A program made the translations under genes and the position numbers. DNA of 57,598 nucleotides from an uncultured Acidimicrobiia bacterium (GTDB taxonomy: Bacteria > Acidobacteriota > Terriglobia > Versatilivoradales > Versatilivoraceae), in the NCBI GenBank assembly GCA_963786955.1, contig CAWBAT010000001.1, positions 1 through 57,598 of the forward strand. The letters run 5' to 3'. Positions 19,878 to 30,303 of the stretch are shown one piece after another. Under the pieces are notes generated by a model that was given only the letters and a program-made list of their open reading frames with translations, made no database searches and was not told where the DNA came from. How positions within the stretch are numbered: position 1 is the stretch's first letter; the number at the start of each line of letters is the position of its first letter.

Positions 19878-19936
19878 CGGCATTTCTTCTTGACTTTTTC
19901 GGGCAGACAAATCTTACTACCTGTGATTCCATCCCC

Positions 19937-21187
19937 ATGGAGGTATTCATGCCCAAGCCGCTCCTAGAAGTCCATTCACTGCCGGAGAAGCCCAGTCGAC
20001 GCCAACTCCTTAAATTAGCTTCGGCTTTGGGTGCCACCTTTGTGGCGTGCCAGAAAGCGCCTCAGGAAAACCAATGGTCAACACTTGGTCAGCCAGTCAG
20101 TACCTACGGTGAGAGGTCTCGATTCGAGACTGCACTCCGCCAGATTTCTCCGACTGCCAAGACCCGAGAGTCCGCGTCGAGTCTTACTCCCCTTCAGGAC
20201 CTTGACGGGATGATCACTCCCTCAGCCCTTCACTTCGAACGACATCACTCCGGTGTACCCACCATCGACCCGCGAGAACATCGTTTGCTTATCCATGGGA
20301 TGGTCGCGAACCCGCTCATCCTGACAATAGAAGAGATCAAACGACTCCCTTCGGTCTCTCACATTCATTTTCTCGAGTGCTCCGGAAACAGTGGCGGGGA
20401 ATGGGCGAAACCAAATGCCAAGGGCGTTCAAGGATCACACGGACTGACCAGTTGTAGTGAGTGGACAGGGGTTCCAGCCGCTTTGCTTTTGCGTGAGGCT
20501 GGAATTCAGCCAGAGGCTTCCTGGATCTTAGCAGAAGGCGCCGACCCGGCGAAATTGCCTCGCAGCTTACCTGTTCAAAAAGTAATGAAGGATGCCCTGG
20601 TAGCCTACGCCCAGAACGGCGAAGCCCTGCGTCCCGAACAAGGTTATCCCTTGCGGCTGATTGTGCCCGGGTTTGAGGGGAGCACGAACATCAAATGGCT
20701 GCGACGCATCAAGGTGGTCGACAAACCCACCATGACGCGAGAGGAAACTTCGAAATACACGGACCTCATGCCAGACGGCACAGCCCGACAGTTTACTTTT
20801 GTGATGGAAGCCAAATCGGTAATTACCTTTCCTTCCGGAGGACAGAAACTCTCAGGGCGGGGGTTTTATGAGATCAAGGGTCTGGCCTGGTCGGGACGTG
20901 GCGCCATTCGCCAGGTTGAAGTCAGCACTGATGGGGGACAGACATGGCGCCTGGCTCGATTACAGGACCCTGTTCTGCCCATTGCCCATACGCGATTCCG
21001 GATGGACTGGAACTGGGATGGAAACGACGCGGTCCTTCAATCGCGCTGCCTGGATGAGACCGGCTATACGCAGCCGACCCATGCCGAGCTCGTCGGGGTT
21101 CGAGGAGTCAACTCCAATTATCATAATAACGCCATCCAAAGCTGGAAAGTGTTGGCCGACGGGAGTGTTCAAAATGTTCAAGTGTGA
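19937..21187 (+). CDS. soxC: Sulfite dehydrogenase molybdopterin subunit
   Basis: Tat SRRQLL, TPLQDLDGMITPSALHFERHH, FLECSGN, LRPEQGYPLRL, YHNNAIQSW. Confidence 0.92.
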   Translation: MEVFMPKPLLEVHSLPEKPSRRQLLKLASALGATFVACQKAPQENQWSTLGQPVSTYGERSRFETALRQISPTAKTRESASSLTPLQDLDGMITPSALHFERHHSGVPTIDPREHRLLIHGMVANPLILTIEEIKRLPSVSHIHFLECSGNSGGEWAKPNAKGVQGSHGLTSCSEWTGVPAALLLREAGIQPEASWILAEGADPAKLPRSLPVQKVMKDALVAYAQNGEALRPEQGYPLRLIVPGFEGSTNIKWLRRIKVVDKPTMTREETSKYTDLMPDGTARQFTFVMEAKSVITFPSGGQKLSGRGFYEIKGLAWSGRGAIRQVEVSTDGGQTWRLARLQDPVLPIAHTRFRMDWNWDGNDAVLQSRCLDETGYTQPTHAELVGVRGVNSNYHNNAIQSWKVLADGSVQNVQV

Positions 21188-21209
21188 GCCGATTTTGTTG
21201 GGAGGCTTA

Positions 21210-21860
21210 ATGCAGCCCCCGCCGCACACCAAGTATCCCGTTCGATCAATAGCCGCTCTCCTGTTGGTCCTATGGGTCACCCAAACCAGTTTCGCTCAAG
21301 CGCCTAGTTATGGAGTCGGCCGTAAGCCCACGGCTGAAGAGATTAAGACCTGGGACATTGCCATCGCGCCGGATGGCAAAGAGCTTCCCCCTGGACGTGG
21401 AACCGTGGCGGCAGGAAAAGAGGTGTACACAAAGCGTTGTCTCGAATGCCACGGCGCGGAGGGCAAAGCCGGCAAGTTTGATGTGCTGGTAGGCGGACAG
21501 GAGAGCTTGAGATCCGAGAAGCCAATCAAAACCATCGGTAGCTATTGGCCCTATGCCACGACTCTCTGGGATCACATCCATCGAGCCATGCCTTTTGATA
21601 GACCCGGAACTCTGTCAACCGATCAGGTTTACGATGTGACTGCCTACCTTCTCTACCTCAACGGAATCATCGGAGAGAATGACGTGATGGACGCTCTGAG
21701 TTTACCGAATGTGAAAATGCCCAATCGGAATGGGTTTGTCCCTGACCCGAGGCCGGATATCCCTCAGTCGAAACAGCGACAGGTTCCTAAGCCCAAACCA
21801 AGAGTTTCTCCACACCCCCAGACGAAGCCGGAGGTACTTGGCTCGACACTAAAACAATGA
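21210..21860 (+). CDS. soxD: Monoheme cytochrome c, SoxD-like
   Basis: GGAGG RBS, WDIAIAPDG, CLECH, TIGSYWPYATT, MPNRNGF. Confidence 0.88.
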   Translation: MQPPPHTKYPVRSIAALLLVLWVTQTSFAQAPSYGVGRKPTAEEIKTWDIAIAPDGKELPPGRGTVAAGKEVYTKRCLECHGAEGKAGKFDVLVGGQESLRSEKPIKTIGSYWPYATTLWDHIHRAMPFDRPGTLSTDQVYDVTAYLLYLNGIIGENDVMDALSLPNVKMPNRNGFVPDPRPDIPQSKQRQVPKPKPRVSPHPQTKPEVLGSTLKQ

Positions 21861-22049
21861 GAGGCTTTTGATCAAAATGGCTGACTGATGGCTGAGCCGG
21901 TAGCGGTGAATGAACGAACATCATGCCCGAGTCAGCCTACGAAGAAAAATTAATGACTCACCTTTAACACCATCACTTTTAATGAATCGAACCCCAAGAG
22001 GATACCAAACCGCATTCAAAGGGTTATGCAATGTCCTAAAACGCTAATT

Positions 22050-22279
22050 CACCCCTCCTCACCCGACCCGTCAGCCGACCCGCCACCCTCTCCCCTATGT
22101 TTCCGAACAAAACAAAGGGAGAGGGAAGGTGTGAAAGAATTGCGCCGGGTCGGGGATGAAGCGTTGAGAATGCTTCATGCCTACAAACCGGTGGCAAGCC
22201 CTTTGAAATCATTGTAGGCCGCGTGACCCCACGCGGCGTTTTCCAATCTTTTCACAGCTTCAGGGGCTGGGGGAGGGCT
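22050..22279. repeat. Nested palindromic repeats: CCCTCTCCC/GGGAGAGGG REP-like element with a TIR-bounded REP doublet (22125-22261)
   Basis: GAAGGTGTGAAAGAATTG / CAATCTTTTCACAGCTTC inverted ends; internal ..GCCTAC and GTAGGCCGCGTGACCCCACGCGGC. Confidence 0.6.
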
Positions 22280-22287
22280 ATCTCGAC

Positions 22288-22599
22288 TCAATTCATTACG
22301 CATGCCACATTTGAACCGACAAGAAATGTCCTGCGTTCAATTCCTGGACCGGACGTTATTTCTCGAACCCTGCGGTCTCTGATGATGCCTTGTTTGAGTA
22401 ACACACGGATCACATTCTTCCGGCTTTCACCGAGTGCTCCAGCGATGTCAGAGATACCGTATTCGTGGTTAGCGAATAGGTTACAGATAGTCACAGCCCT
22501 CTTGGTCTGAGGATCCAGTCTCCAGGGGTCGGTCGGCAAGGCGAACTCCTCTACCAGGATGTGGAACCCATCTCGATCCTGAGTTATCGATTGTCTCAT
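22288..22599 (-). CDS. Small hypothetical protein, HTH-like with RDRR/IERR motifs
   Basis: GAGGAG RBS; YGISDIAGALGESRKNVIRVLL. Confidence 0.6.
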   Translation of the reverse strand: MRQSITQDRDGFHILVEEFALPTDPWRLDPQTKRAVTICNLFANHEYGISDIAGALGESRKNVIRVLLKQGIIRDRRVREITSGPGIERRTFLVGSNVACVMN

Positions 22600-22676
22600 C
22601 GGAAGCTTCTCCTCTCCCGTAAAGAACGTTGAAATTATTTGTTATTGTCGGGTGGTTTTACCGGGATTATTATTTT

Positions 22677-22703
22677 TTATCGGCAGCACGCTGGGAATCT
22701 TTA
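22677..22703 (-). promoter_or_regulatory. Sigma-28 (FliA)-type promoter
   Basis: Minus strand TAAA-N15-GCCGATAA, an exact consensus match upstream of the 22599 ORF. Confidence 0.7.
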
Positions 22704-22815
22704 GGTTTTTGATGCTAATCAATCAGAGCTGATCGGATAGACTACGAACACCTCACAAAACAGTGTTTCCGATAGGTTCACCGTGAACTCAGAGCCTCCT
22801 CCGGATTAAAAGTAA

Positions 22816-25800
22816 ATGATGGGCCTAGCAGAAATTCGTAAATACTCCATTCAGACAAGCAGGCAAGTAGATTTCACTACGAGGCTTACCCGACGTCATT
22901 TTCTAGCGACAATGGGCGCATTCGTAACCTCGCCACCTTATTTGCTCGCGAAACCCTTGCCAGATTCGCAAAGACAAATCCTGCTCGAAAATGCTTACCT
23001 CCGCTATGCCATTAGCCTGGAGGGAGAAAACCTCAGCTTCTTCGACAAGCGTTCGGGGCAGGAGCATCTTCAACGGGAACCCCGCAGTTGGTTTGTCACC
23101 CTTAAGCAAGGGGAGAATACTTATACGCCTTCGGCTTGCTCGTCTTCAGGCGATCGGATCGTCACTTCTTTTGAAGGGATAGGCGCAACCGTCATCTGTT
23201 CCGTCAAAGATCATGGGCACTATTTCACTTTTGCGATCGAGTCGGTCGATGGCAGTCTTGTAGACGAGCTACGACTTCTCAATTTACGTCTTACTGGTTT
23301 GCCGCGTCTGGGACGGATGGCCAATATTGCCCGGGGGGATCAATTTGGCGCTGCGGTGATGGCGCTCAACCTGCAGACCAATGCCGGCTGTGCCAAAATA
23401 TGCGATACAGACCTGAAGCATTTCGACTCATCAGAACAACCGCAGTTGTGGACCCCATTCTGGTGGGATCGGGGACTGGAATGTGATTTGCCGGTAAAAA
23501 GTCTCGGCCCTACCGCGCAGAGGGCCAAAGAGGTCGTGTTGTTTGCCAGTTGCTACTCCAAGTTCACTATTAAAGGAGCCTCGCTCGCTCTGGTCGGCTG
23601 TCCGGCCTCTGTTTTCCGTGATGTTCTAAAGCGGGTTACGAAGGAAGTCGGATTCATCCAGTCAGACGTGGGTGGAGCGTGGGCGCTTGACGCTCCCGAG
23701 AATTACAATTCGTACCTGTTTTGTACCGCCTCGGAAAATGACGTTCAGGATTGGATTACCCTGGCAAAATCTGGCGGCTTTGGGGCCTTGCTCATCGATC
23801 ACATCGGCCCACATGGCCAATACATCCCGGATCCTAAGAAATTCCCTCATGGCCTTGAAGGCGTGAAACGAATTATCGACACAATTCATGCCGCAGGTCT
23901 CAAAGCGGGATGGCATACATTTTCTTTTGCCATCGCAAAGAACGATCCGTGGGTCAGCCCTGTACCTCATCCGGAATTATCAGTACGCTCTTCCTTAACC
24001 CTGGCCAGTGACCTTTCACAAGATGCGACCTTCATCCCCACTCTCGAATCCCCTCAAGATTTGCCGACCGATTCAGGCTTCTGGTTTCGTGGAGGGGTGG
24101 ACGTAATGGTAGGCGAGGAGATCTTCACTTACAAAGGGCTGAAAACATCTCCTCCGTTTGGACTTACGGATTGCGTGCGCGGCGCTTATGGCACCCGGGC
24201 GTTCGACCACAAGAAAGGCGCCGCTCTCAAAAATCTCCAGGAAGTCTTTGGGCATTACGTCCCTGCAGCCGATTCAAAACTCTTCGATGACATGGCGACT
24301 CGTTTCGCCGAGATCATTCACACCTGCAAATTCGATGTGATTTACCTGGATGCACTGGATGGGGCTGACGTCTTTGCCGGCAAACAATGGAGTTGGCATT
24401 ACGGAGCGAAATTTGCATTGTCGATATTCAAGCGAACGCACCGTCCCCTGGGCTTGGAAGCTTCGCTCTGGCTTCACCATAATTGGCCTATCACCTCAGG
24501 GCTTGGCGCCTGGGACGGCAACGACCGCGACCCGAAGCCTTTCATCGATTTGCATGTTTGGAACAATCAACAGCTCGGCGACTTGATTCCCACGCAGTTG
24601 GGCTGGTGGAAACTGAATCATGACCAAGGGAGGCTGGGATTTGCCACCACACCAGAGGTGATCGAGTACCTCTGTGCCAAAAGTCTGGGTACGAATCAAC
24701 CTATCTCCGTGAACGTTGTCACTCCGGCTCTAGTCAAGGCGGATCCGCGCTGGGCGGAATTGATTGACATCATGGGCCGATATGAGCGACTGCGGCGGAA
24801 CCACCAACTGCCCGAAGCGGTCAAGGCCAGGCTCATTGAGCCCAACAAAGAATTCATGCTCAAAGAAACTGCGAGCGGCAAGCCACAATTCGTTCCGATT
24901 GCCCACGACGAGCATAAGGTCGTCGCGCTGGACGGTCGCAGCAATGTGTGGACAGTATCGAACCAGTTCCCGGCCCAACAGGCAAGAATTCGTATCCGAA
25001 CGCTTTATTCTGTTGCCCCATATGATGGGCCCGATGCCAGGACGATCTCGGATTTCTCCGCCACCGATGAGTTTAACGTTGAGAGGTCACATCCGGGAGT
25101 CAGTATGCGCCTGAATCTGTCAACCGCGCAAATTAAAACGGGAAAAGGCAGTGGACTGCTCATAGCCAAGAGTGATCTAGACTCGCGGCGTGGAGCGTGG
25201 GCAATGGTCGGAAAGCAGTTTAACCCCGGAATTGATCTTTCGACCCATCCAGCGCTCGGCGTTTGGGTGTTCGGAGATGGCAAAGGAGAGCTCCTGAATT
25301 TGCAACTCCTCGATGCTAACGGTCCCAATGTCGAGGTTGACGATCATTATGTCATCGTTAATTATGAGGGCTGGCGGTACTTTGAACTGGTTGAACCCGA
25401 GGCCGGCCGGTGGGGCGATTATTTGTGGCCTTACCAGACTTGGCTCGCAGCCTATGGCGAACCCGTAGATTTCACGCGCATCCGGAGCTTCAATCTGTAT
25501 TACAACAACTTGCCCTCCGGAGAGCCGGTAGCTTGTTGGCTGAGCCCTATCAAGGCACTGCCGCTTGTAGAGGCAACCCTGAAGAATCCAAGGCTGACGA
25601 TCGCTGGCAAAACGATCCTGTTCCCGGTTGAATTGAAAAGAGGGTGTTATCTTGAATACAACTCCCCGGACGATTGCAGTGTTTTCGACCCGAACGGCGC
25701 GCTGCTCGCGAAATGCCGGCCGGAGGGAGAAATCTCGCTGCTTGGGCCGGGTGCCAACCGTGTGGAATTTTCCTGCAATGCCTCTGCAGGCATCAATCCG

Positions 25801-25845
25801 CGGGTCCTGGTGTCGGTTATTTCGAGCGGATCACCCCTATCCTAA
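22816..25845 (+). CDS. Large Tat-exported glycoside-hydrolase-like protein (1009 aa)
   Basis: LTRRHFL Tat motif; DPKKFPHGLEGVK..IHAAGLKAGWH and FDVIYLDA resemble GH27/36-type TIM barrels; C-terminal beta-rich CBM-like part. Confidence 0.65.
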   Translation: MMGLAEIRKYSIQTSRQVDFTTRLTRRHFLATMGAFVTSPPYLLAKPLPDSQRQILLENAYLRYAISLEGENLSFFDKRSGQEHLQREPRSWFVTLKQGENTYTPSACSSSGDRIVTSFEGIGATVICSVKDHGHYFTFAIESVDGSLVDELRLLNLRLTGLPRLGRMANIARGDQFGAAVMALNLQTNAGCAKICDTDLKHFDSSEQPQLWTPFWWDRGLECDLPVKSLGPTAQRAKEVVLFASCYSKFTIKGASLALVGCPASVFRDVLKRVTKEVGFIQSDVGGAWALDAPENYNSYLFCTASENDVQDWITLAKSGGFGALLIDHIGPHGQYIPDPKKFPHGLEGVKRIIDTIHAAGLKAGWHTFSFAIAKNDPWVSPVPHPELSVRSSLTLASDLSQDATFIPTLESPQDLPTDSGFWFRGGVDVMVGEEIFTYKGLKTSPPFGLTDCVRGAYGTRAFDHKKGAALKNLQEVFGHYVPAADSKLFDDMATRFAEIIHTCKFDVIYLDALDGADVFAGKQWSWHYGAKFALSIFKRTHRPLGLEASLWLHHNWPITSGLGAWDGNDRDPKPFIDLHVWNNQQLGDLIPTQLGWWKLNHDQGRLGFATTPEVIEYLCAKSLGTNQPISVNVVTPALVKADPRWAELIDIMGRYERLRRNHQLPEAVKARLIEPNKEFMLKETASGKPQFVPIAHDEHKVVALDGRSNVWTVSNQFPAQQARIRIRTLYSVAPYDGPDARTISDFSATDEFNVERSHPGVSMRLNLSTAQIKTGKGSGLLIAKSDLDSRRGAWAMVGKQFNPGIDLSTHPALGVWVFGDGKGELLNLQLLDANGPNVEVDDHYVIVNYEGWRYFELVEPEAGRWGDYLWPYQTWLAAYGEPVDFTRIRSFNLYYNNLPSGEPVACWLSPIKALPLVEATLKNPRLTIAGKTILFPVELKRGCYLEYNSPDDCSVFDPNGALLAKCRPEGEISLLGPGANRVEFSCNASAGINPRVLVSVISSGSPLS

Positions 25846-25894
25846 CTTTCTTCCATATGATCGAACCAGGGCCATCGTCCACCCGCTATTTCAA

Positions 25895-26662
25895 CTAAAA
25901 GCCAAAAATCGAGAACCCACCATCCACGGAGAGACATTGGCCTGTTACGTACGAAGACGCAGGCATGCCCAGAAAGGCGACGACAGTGGCTACCTCTTTG
26001 GGTGTTCCGATTCTTTGCATGGGTGTGCGGGCCAACACTGCGGAGAGATATTCCTGGTTCTTCAAAACAGCCTCCGCGAGGGGGGTTCGAATGTACCAAG
26101 GGGCTACGCAATTCACCCGAATGGAGTCGCTGGCCCATTCCCCCGCCAGGTTTCGGGTCATTTGATTAAGAGCGGCCTTGGTCATTCCGTAGGGTGCCCC
26201 GGTACGCACATGGGTCAAACCGGCCACTGAGGAAATGTTGACAATGCTGGCGGATTTCGACTTTTTGAGAAAGGGATAGGCTCCTCGGCACATCTCAAAG
26301 GCGGAGGTCAAATTGGTGTCAAAAATTTGTTGGTATTCTTTTGTTGAATACTGCATTGTTTTCTTACGAATGTTCGTGCCAACATTGTTCACCAGAATAT
26401 CCAACTTCCCCCAGCGATTTTCGATCTCGTGAAATAGCTTTTGTCGATGGCTCTGCTTGGAGACATCAAAAGCTCCCCCAAAGGCCCGAAAGCCTTTGCG
26501 TTTCCATTCAAGCAGTAATTCATTCAGGGTATTCTCGGATCGGGCAACAGTGAAGATCGCTGCCCCTAAGCGGAGAAATTCCTCCGCAATGGCTAATCCA
26601 ATTCCTTTTGTTCCACCTGTAATTAAGGCTACCTTGCCGTTGAGCCGCCATTGATTCTTCAT
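25895..26662 (-). CDS. SDR oxidoreductase, tropinone reductase-like
   Basis: [28 protein letters not shown]. Confidence 0.92.
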   Translation of the reverse strand: MKNQWRLNGKVALITGGTKGIGLAIAEEFLRLGAAIFTVARSENTLNELLLEWKRKGFRAFGGAFDVSKQSHRQKLFHEIENRWGKLDILVNNVGTNIRKKTMQYSTKEYQQIFDTNLTSAFEMCRGAYPFLKKSKSASIVNISSVAGLTHVRTGAPYGMTKAALNQMTRNLAGEWASDSIRVNCVAPWYIRTPLAEAVLKNQEYLSAVLARTPMQRIGTPKEVATVVAFLGMPASSYVTGQCLSVDGGFSIFGF

Positions 26663-26732
26663 GATTGTTTACTCTTCGTGGTTTGTTTTAGAGATGTTCG
26701 TTTGGTAGTCTGTTACCAGTATTTCTGCCAAT

Positions 26733-27263
26733 TTATTTACGTGACGGATCTGTCCCTGACGCATTTTCTGGGGGCGATTTTTCCTCCGTGACGAACTTGA
26801 ACCGATTAATTTGGCCAGTTCCTGAATCTGCAACTGAGATTCGAATCTCGCCGTCGGTTGTTAAAATCTCAGCTTGTGACTTGCTTGCGTGTTTCAAAAC
26901 CAATTTCGGATGGCCCCGGTCAAATTCAATTACAAAAAGCCGATTTCTAGGACAGCCGGTAGTCTCTATTACAGCTATTCTTGCAAGCATAACGGACTGA
27001 AGGATGGTGAAGTCTGTTGTGTCGACAACGAGATCTGGTTTGAGAGTGTTCTTTGCCTAACCCGTCACTTCTAAGCTTTCACCGGCGCCACATTTTCGGA
27101 CCTCAACTCGAGGCAATTCATTGGCCCGGGAATGGAATATCATTTGCGGAATTAAGAGGCTCACAAGTTGAGGGCATGTAGAAACTTGTTCCTGTGCATA
27201 TGCAACATTAATGACCGACACGATTCCGAGCACCAATATTAGCCCCATAGTTCTGGAACGCAT
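26733..27263 (-). pseudogene. Exported hypothetical protein interrupted by an in-frame TAG at 27057-27059
   Basis: ORFs 27057-27263 and 26733-26990 are in the same frame with an open 22-codon gap; signal peptide ending AYA. Confidence 0.55.
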
Positions 27264-27472
27264 TACCGCCTCCCTTGCCCGATCCCGGTCGCATATTCCT
27301 TTGAGATCTTGAATTGTTCGACGAATTTGCCTGCGATCAGATCACTTGCGTAGTTCATAACGGACTTACCATAGCGAGCACCAACATCCCCGAAAGCCAA
27401 ATAGGGGGCACACCTCTTTATCCCGAATTCCGAAGTTGCGTTATCGTTACAAGGTGGCGCGGGCGATGCCAC
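27263..27472 (-). pseudogene. Gene 3' fragment coupled (TAATG) to the downstream exported protein
   Basis: Stop/start overlap at 27263; no convincing start or RBS. Confidence 0.3.
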
Positions 27473-27561
27473 GCACGTTCACGAACGAGAGAGAGGGGAC
27501 GGCGGTCCCACACGCACGTCCCACCAAAATCAACGCATTACGCTTATATTTTCCCCATTGA

Positions 27562-28446
27562 TTAGCGTCCGCGGAACTCGACAAGCATCTTGGAGTCGAG
27601 AGGAACCTTGATGCCTTTGACTTCCTTGAGTAATACCTTGGCCTCCTCGAGGGTCTTGGGCTTCAATGCCTGGAGCTCTTTGAGCATGGCTTCATTTCCA
27701 AGCAGTTGACTGAAATCGATTTCGAGGAGGGTGAGACGTGAGCCCGTCCGGTAGGGAATGGTCGTGTGAATTACGGTTCCCTGGATGTCTATGGCGCTCA
27801 GGATGCGGAACCCTTCGAACATCTTCTTAAAAGACTCCGTATCTGGTGTTGGCTTGGACGCAACAGCTGAATCACTGGAATCTTCATCGTCCTTCTCTTC
27901 AAGTTTCTCTTCTAGCTTCTCCTTTTTATCAAGAGGAGGAGTAAGCACGGTGAGCAGCGAATTCCCGTTGGGAAGCCGGGCTAACCCGAAGGTTGTTTGG
28001 TTCCCTTTGTCGTTTTCCGGAGAGTCTGCCTCAGGTGTATCCGAAGGCTGGTGACGCTCCGACAAATGAACTTTGCGAATGTCTCTAAAGGCATAGATTG
28101 ACTCTAAGCCTTCCCAGTCGGAATCGCTGATTTTCTTGCTCGATACAAAAGAAACTCCTTCGCCGAATTGAGCGGTTTTCTTACGGGCTTTGTCTTCCGA
28201 AAACAGATCCAGTCCTTTGCTCGTTGCGCTATCCGTCGTGTTCCCTCCAAGCTGGTCGCCTATTCCCTTAAACATCGCGGCCATCTGCTCGACAAACTGT
28301 CTGCTCATAAGGGTCTTCTCCACTATCCGGCCGCTCCCGTCGGCATTGAGCTGCACCACTGTCTCCGTGTTAATGCAGCCTGCCAGCGAAAACAAAAATA
28401 TCACGAGACCAACGATTCGGAATTTGGGTGGGTCGGACTTTCTCAT
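27562..28446 (-). CDS. Lipoprotein (LppM/DUF3153-like)
   Basis: Lipobox LAGC followed by INTETVVQLNADGSG. Confidence 0.75.
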   Translation of the reverse strand: MRKSDPPKFRIVGLVIFLFSLAGCINTETVVQLNADGSGRIVEKTLMSRQFVEQMAAMFKGIGDQLGGNTTDSATSKGLDLFSEDKARKKTAQFGEGVSFVSSKKISDSDWEGLESIYAFRDIRKVHLSERHQPSDTPEADSPENDKGNQTTFGLARLPNGNSLLTVLTPPLDKKEKLEEKLEEKDDEDSSDSAVASKPTPDTESFKKMFEGFRILSAIDIQGTVIHTTIPYRTGSRLTLLEIDFSQLLGNEAMLKELQALKPKTLEEAKVLLKEVKGIKVPLDSKMLVEFRGR

Positions 28447-28534
28447 GTGGTTTCCTTTGCCAGGGCTATCCGTTCGGGACAAGTCTGGGAATGACAACTC
28501 ATACAAACGCACTAAATAATTTCACATGTCCCAC

Positions 28535-28716
28535 AGGGACCCCCCTCAAGTCCCCCTTTTCCAGGGGGGACATCATTATTCATGCTGCTGTTCTGGTTAC
28601 CTCTGCCCGATCAGTAGAGTCTCCGAGAACATGCAGTTCGCCAAATGACTTTTTGGGTTCCAGGTTGCTTCCTTACCCGTCGTCCCCCCTAGCACAAGGG
28701 GGACTTGAGGGGGGTG
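28535..28716. repeat. Inverted pair of CCCCCTT..AAGGGGG palindromic REP-like units
   Basis: CCCCCCTCAAGTCCCCCT..AGGGGG and CCCCCCTAGCACAAGGGGGACTTGAGGGGGG; same family as the 55.9-56.6 kb array. Confidence 0.7.
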
Positions 28717-28779
28717 AAGCATACCGGGCAAACAGCATTTCAGTGCGCCTGAAATAGGATTCCTTCATGGTAATAAATC

Positions 28780-29744
28780 CTACATCCAGTTTTTAGTCCT
28801 AAACCAAATGAGCATTCCGATGGGGACGACAATTAAAGAGAGCAGCAGAATGGTGAAAGGCCATGGGGCTGTCAAAAGGCATGTGTCTGAAGTTGATGCC
28901 GCCAAGGCCTGTAATCACCGAGAGAGGCATAAAAATCGTGGCGATGAGAGTCAGCCTTTTCATGACTTCATTCAGTCTCGTGGACATCGAGGAGTAATAG
29001 GCATCTAAAACAGTTCCCAGCAAGTCGCGGTTCGTTTCGATCATCTCGTAGATCCGGACCACATGGTCATACACATCTTGAAAATAAACCGTCAGCCGCC
29101 TGTCAATCAGCTCGTAATGGCGGGTGGACAAGAAATTGAAAACCTCCCGCTGCGGACCAGCGGCCTTGCGCAGATAGATGAGCTGTTGTTTCAAGCTGAA
29201 AATGGAGCGCATGACGTTGCGACTCGGGTCGGATTGAGTCTGCTCCTCCAGTGTATCCATCTTCCCTTCGATTTCTTCCAGCAGCGGAAAATAACTATCA
29301 ACCAGTTCGTCTCCAATCAGGTAGAGAAAAAAATCCGGACCTTTCTTGAGGGGCTCGCTTTCCTGTTCGTAGCGCTTCTTTCGCCTTGGTCAGAGCAGGC
29401 AGAGGAGATTTGTGAACGGTGACTAGATAGTTACTGCCGAGGAAAACATGCAATTCATCCCCGACAATTTCATCTTTTTCCGGATCCACGCGATGAGAAT
29501 AAAGGGTGATAAAAAGATAGCCTTCGTACTGATCGATTTTCGCCCGCTGCCTAAAATGGCTGCTATCTTCGATGCTGAGCGGATGGAACTCAAAGGTTTT
29601 CTGCAATCGAAGCAGTTCGGCCTCAGACGGGTCGATGAGATCGATCCAGAGCAAGCCGCGCTTTTGAACCACTAAACGCTCCACATCGCAATGGGTGGTC
29701 TCGGCCGGGGAAAGGGATTCGAGCTGGAATCTTGTGGACGGCAT
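28780..29744 (-). CDS. corA: CorA/ZntB-family divalent metal transporter, frameshifted
   Basis: LWIDL.DP, FHPLSIED, ELHVFLG, YFQDVYDH, NEVMKRLT, GINF. Confidence 0.88.
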
Positions 29745-29757
29745 CGATTATCTCCTA

Positions 29758-30150
29758 TTAGAACTGAATATCACCTTTTCCCGCTTTCATCAAAGCCACA
29801 TTGACTCGCGCCACGAGCTCGCGTGGGGAAAAGGGTTTGACCATATAATCATCGGCTCCACACCCCAGACCTTCTACGACATCCGATTCCTGTCCTTTTG
29901 CAGTCAGCAAGATGACGATCGGAGACTCTTCCCCCATTTCCTTCTTGATTCGCGTGCAGGCTGCCATCCCATCCAGTTTGGGCATCATGATGTCCATGAT
30001 CACGACGTCCGGCTTCTCCAAGAGAGCCCGGTCGACAGCTTCCTGACCATTACTGGCCGTGCTGACTTCAAAGCCGGCTTTCTGCAACTTCGTTTCTACC
30101 AAACCTAACACGTCCGGCTCATCATCAACGGCCAGGACTCGTATGACCAT
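29758..30150 (-). CDS. Single-domain response regulator
   Basis: VDDE, MDIMMP, LTAK, KPFS; GGAGG RBS. Confidence 0.92.
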   Translation of the reverse strand: MVIRVLAVDDEPDVLGLVETKLQKAGFEVSTASNGQEAVDRALLEKPDVVIMDIMMPKLDGMAACTRIKKEMGEESPIVILLTAKGQESDVVEGLGCGADDYMVKPFSPRELVARVNVALMKAGKGDIQF

Positions 30151-30303
30151 AAAACCTCCAGTAAAAAGGAACAAGGAACAAGTAGGCAGATCAGTATAAA
30201 TATGGCTGATCTCTTGATATTTAGAAACCAGTGTCGATTATTCTTAATCTTGCTGGCTCCTTGTTTCCTGCTCCTTGCTCCTTGATTTATTCACCTTGCC
30301 TTT

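Noticed and set aside
20868-21209. Long N-terminal extension of soxD
   Set aside because: Overlaps soxC; a GGAGG RBS supports the start at 21210.
16111-27059. Genome-wide amber recoding
   Set aside because: TAG terminates ordinary genes such as holA at the expected place, and no pyl genes are in the window.
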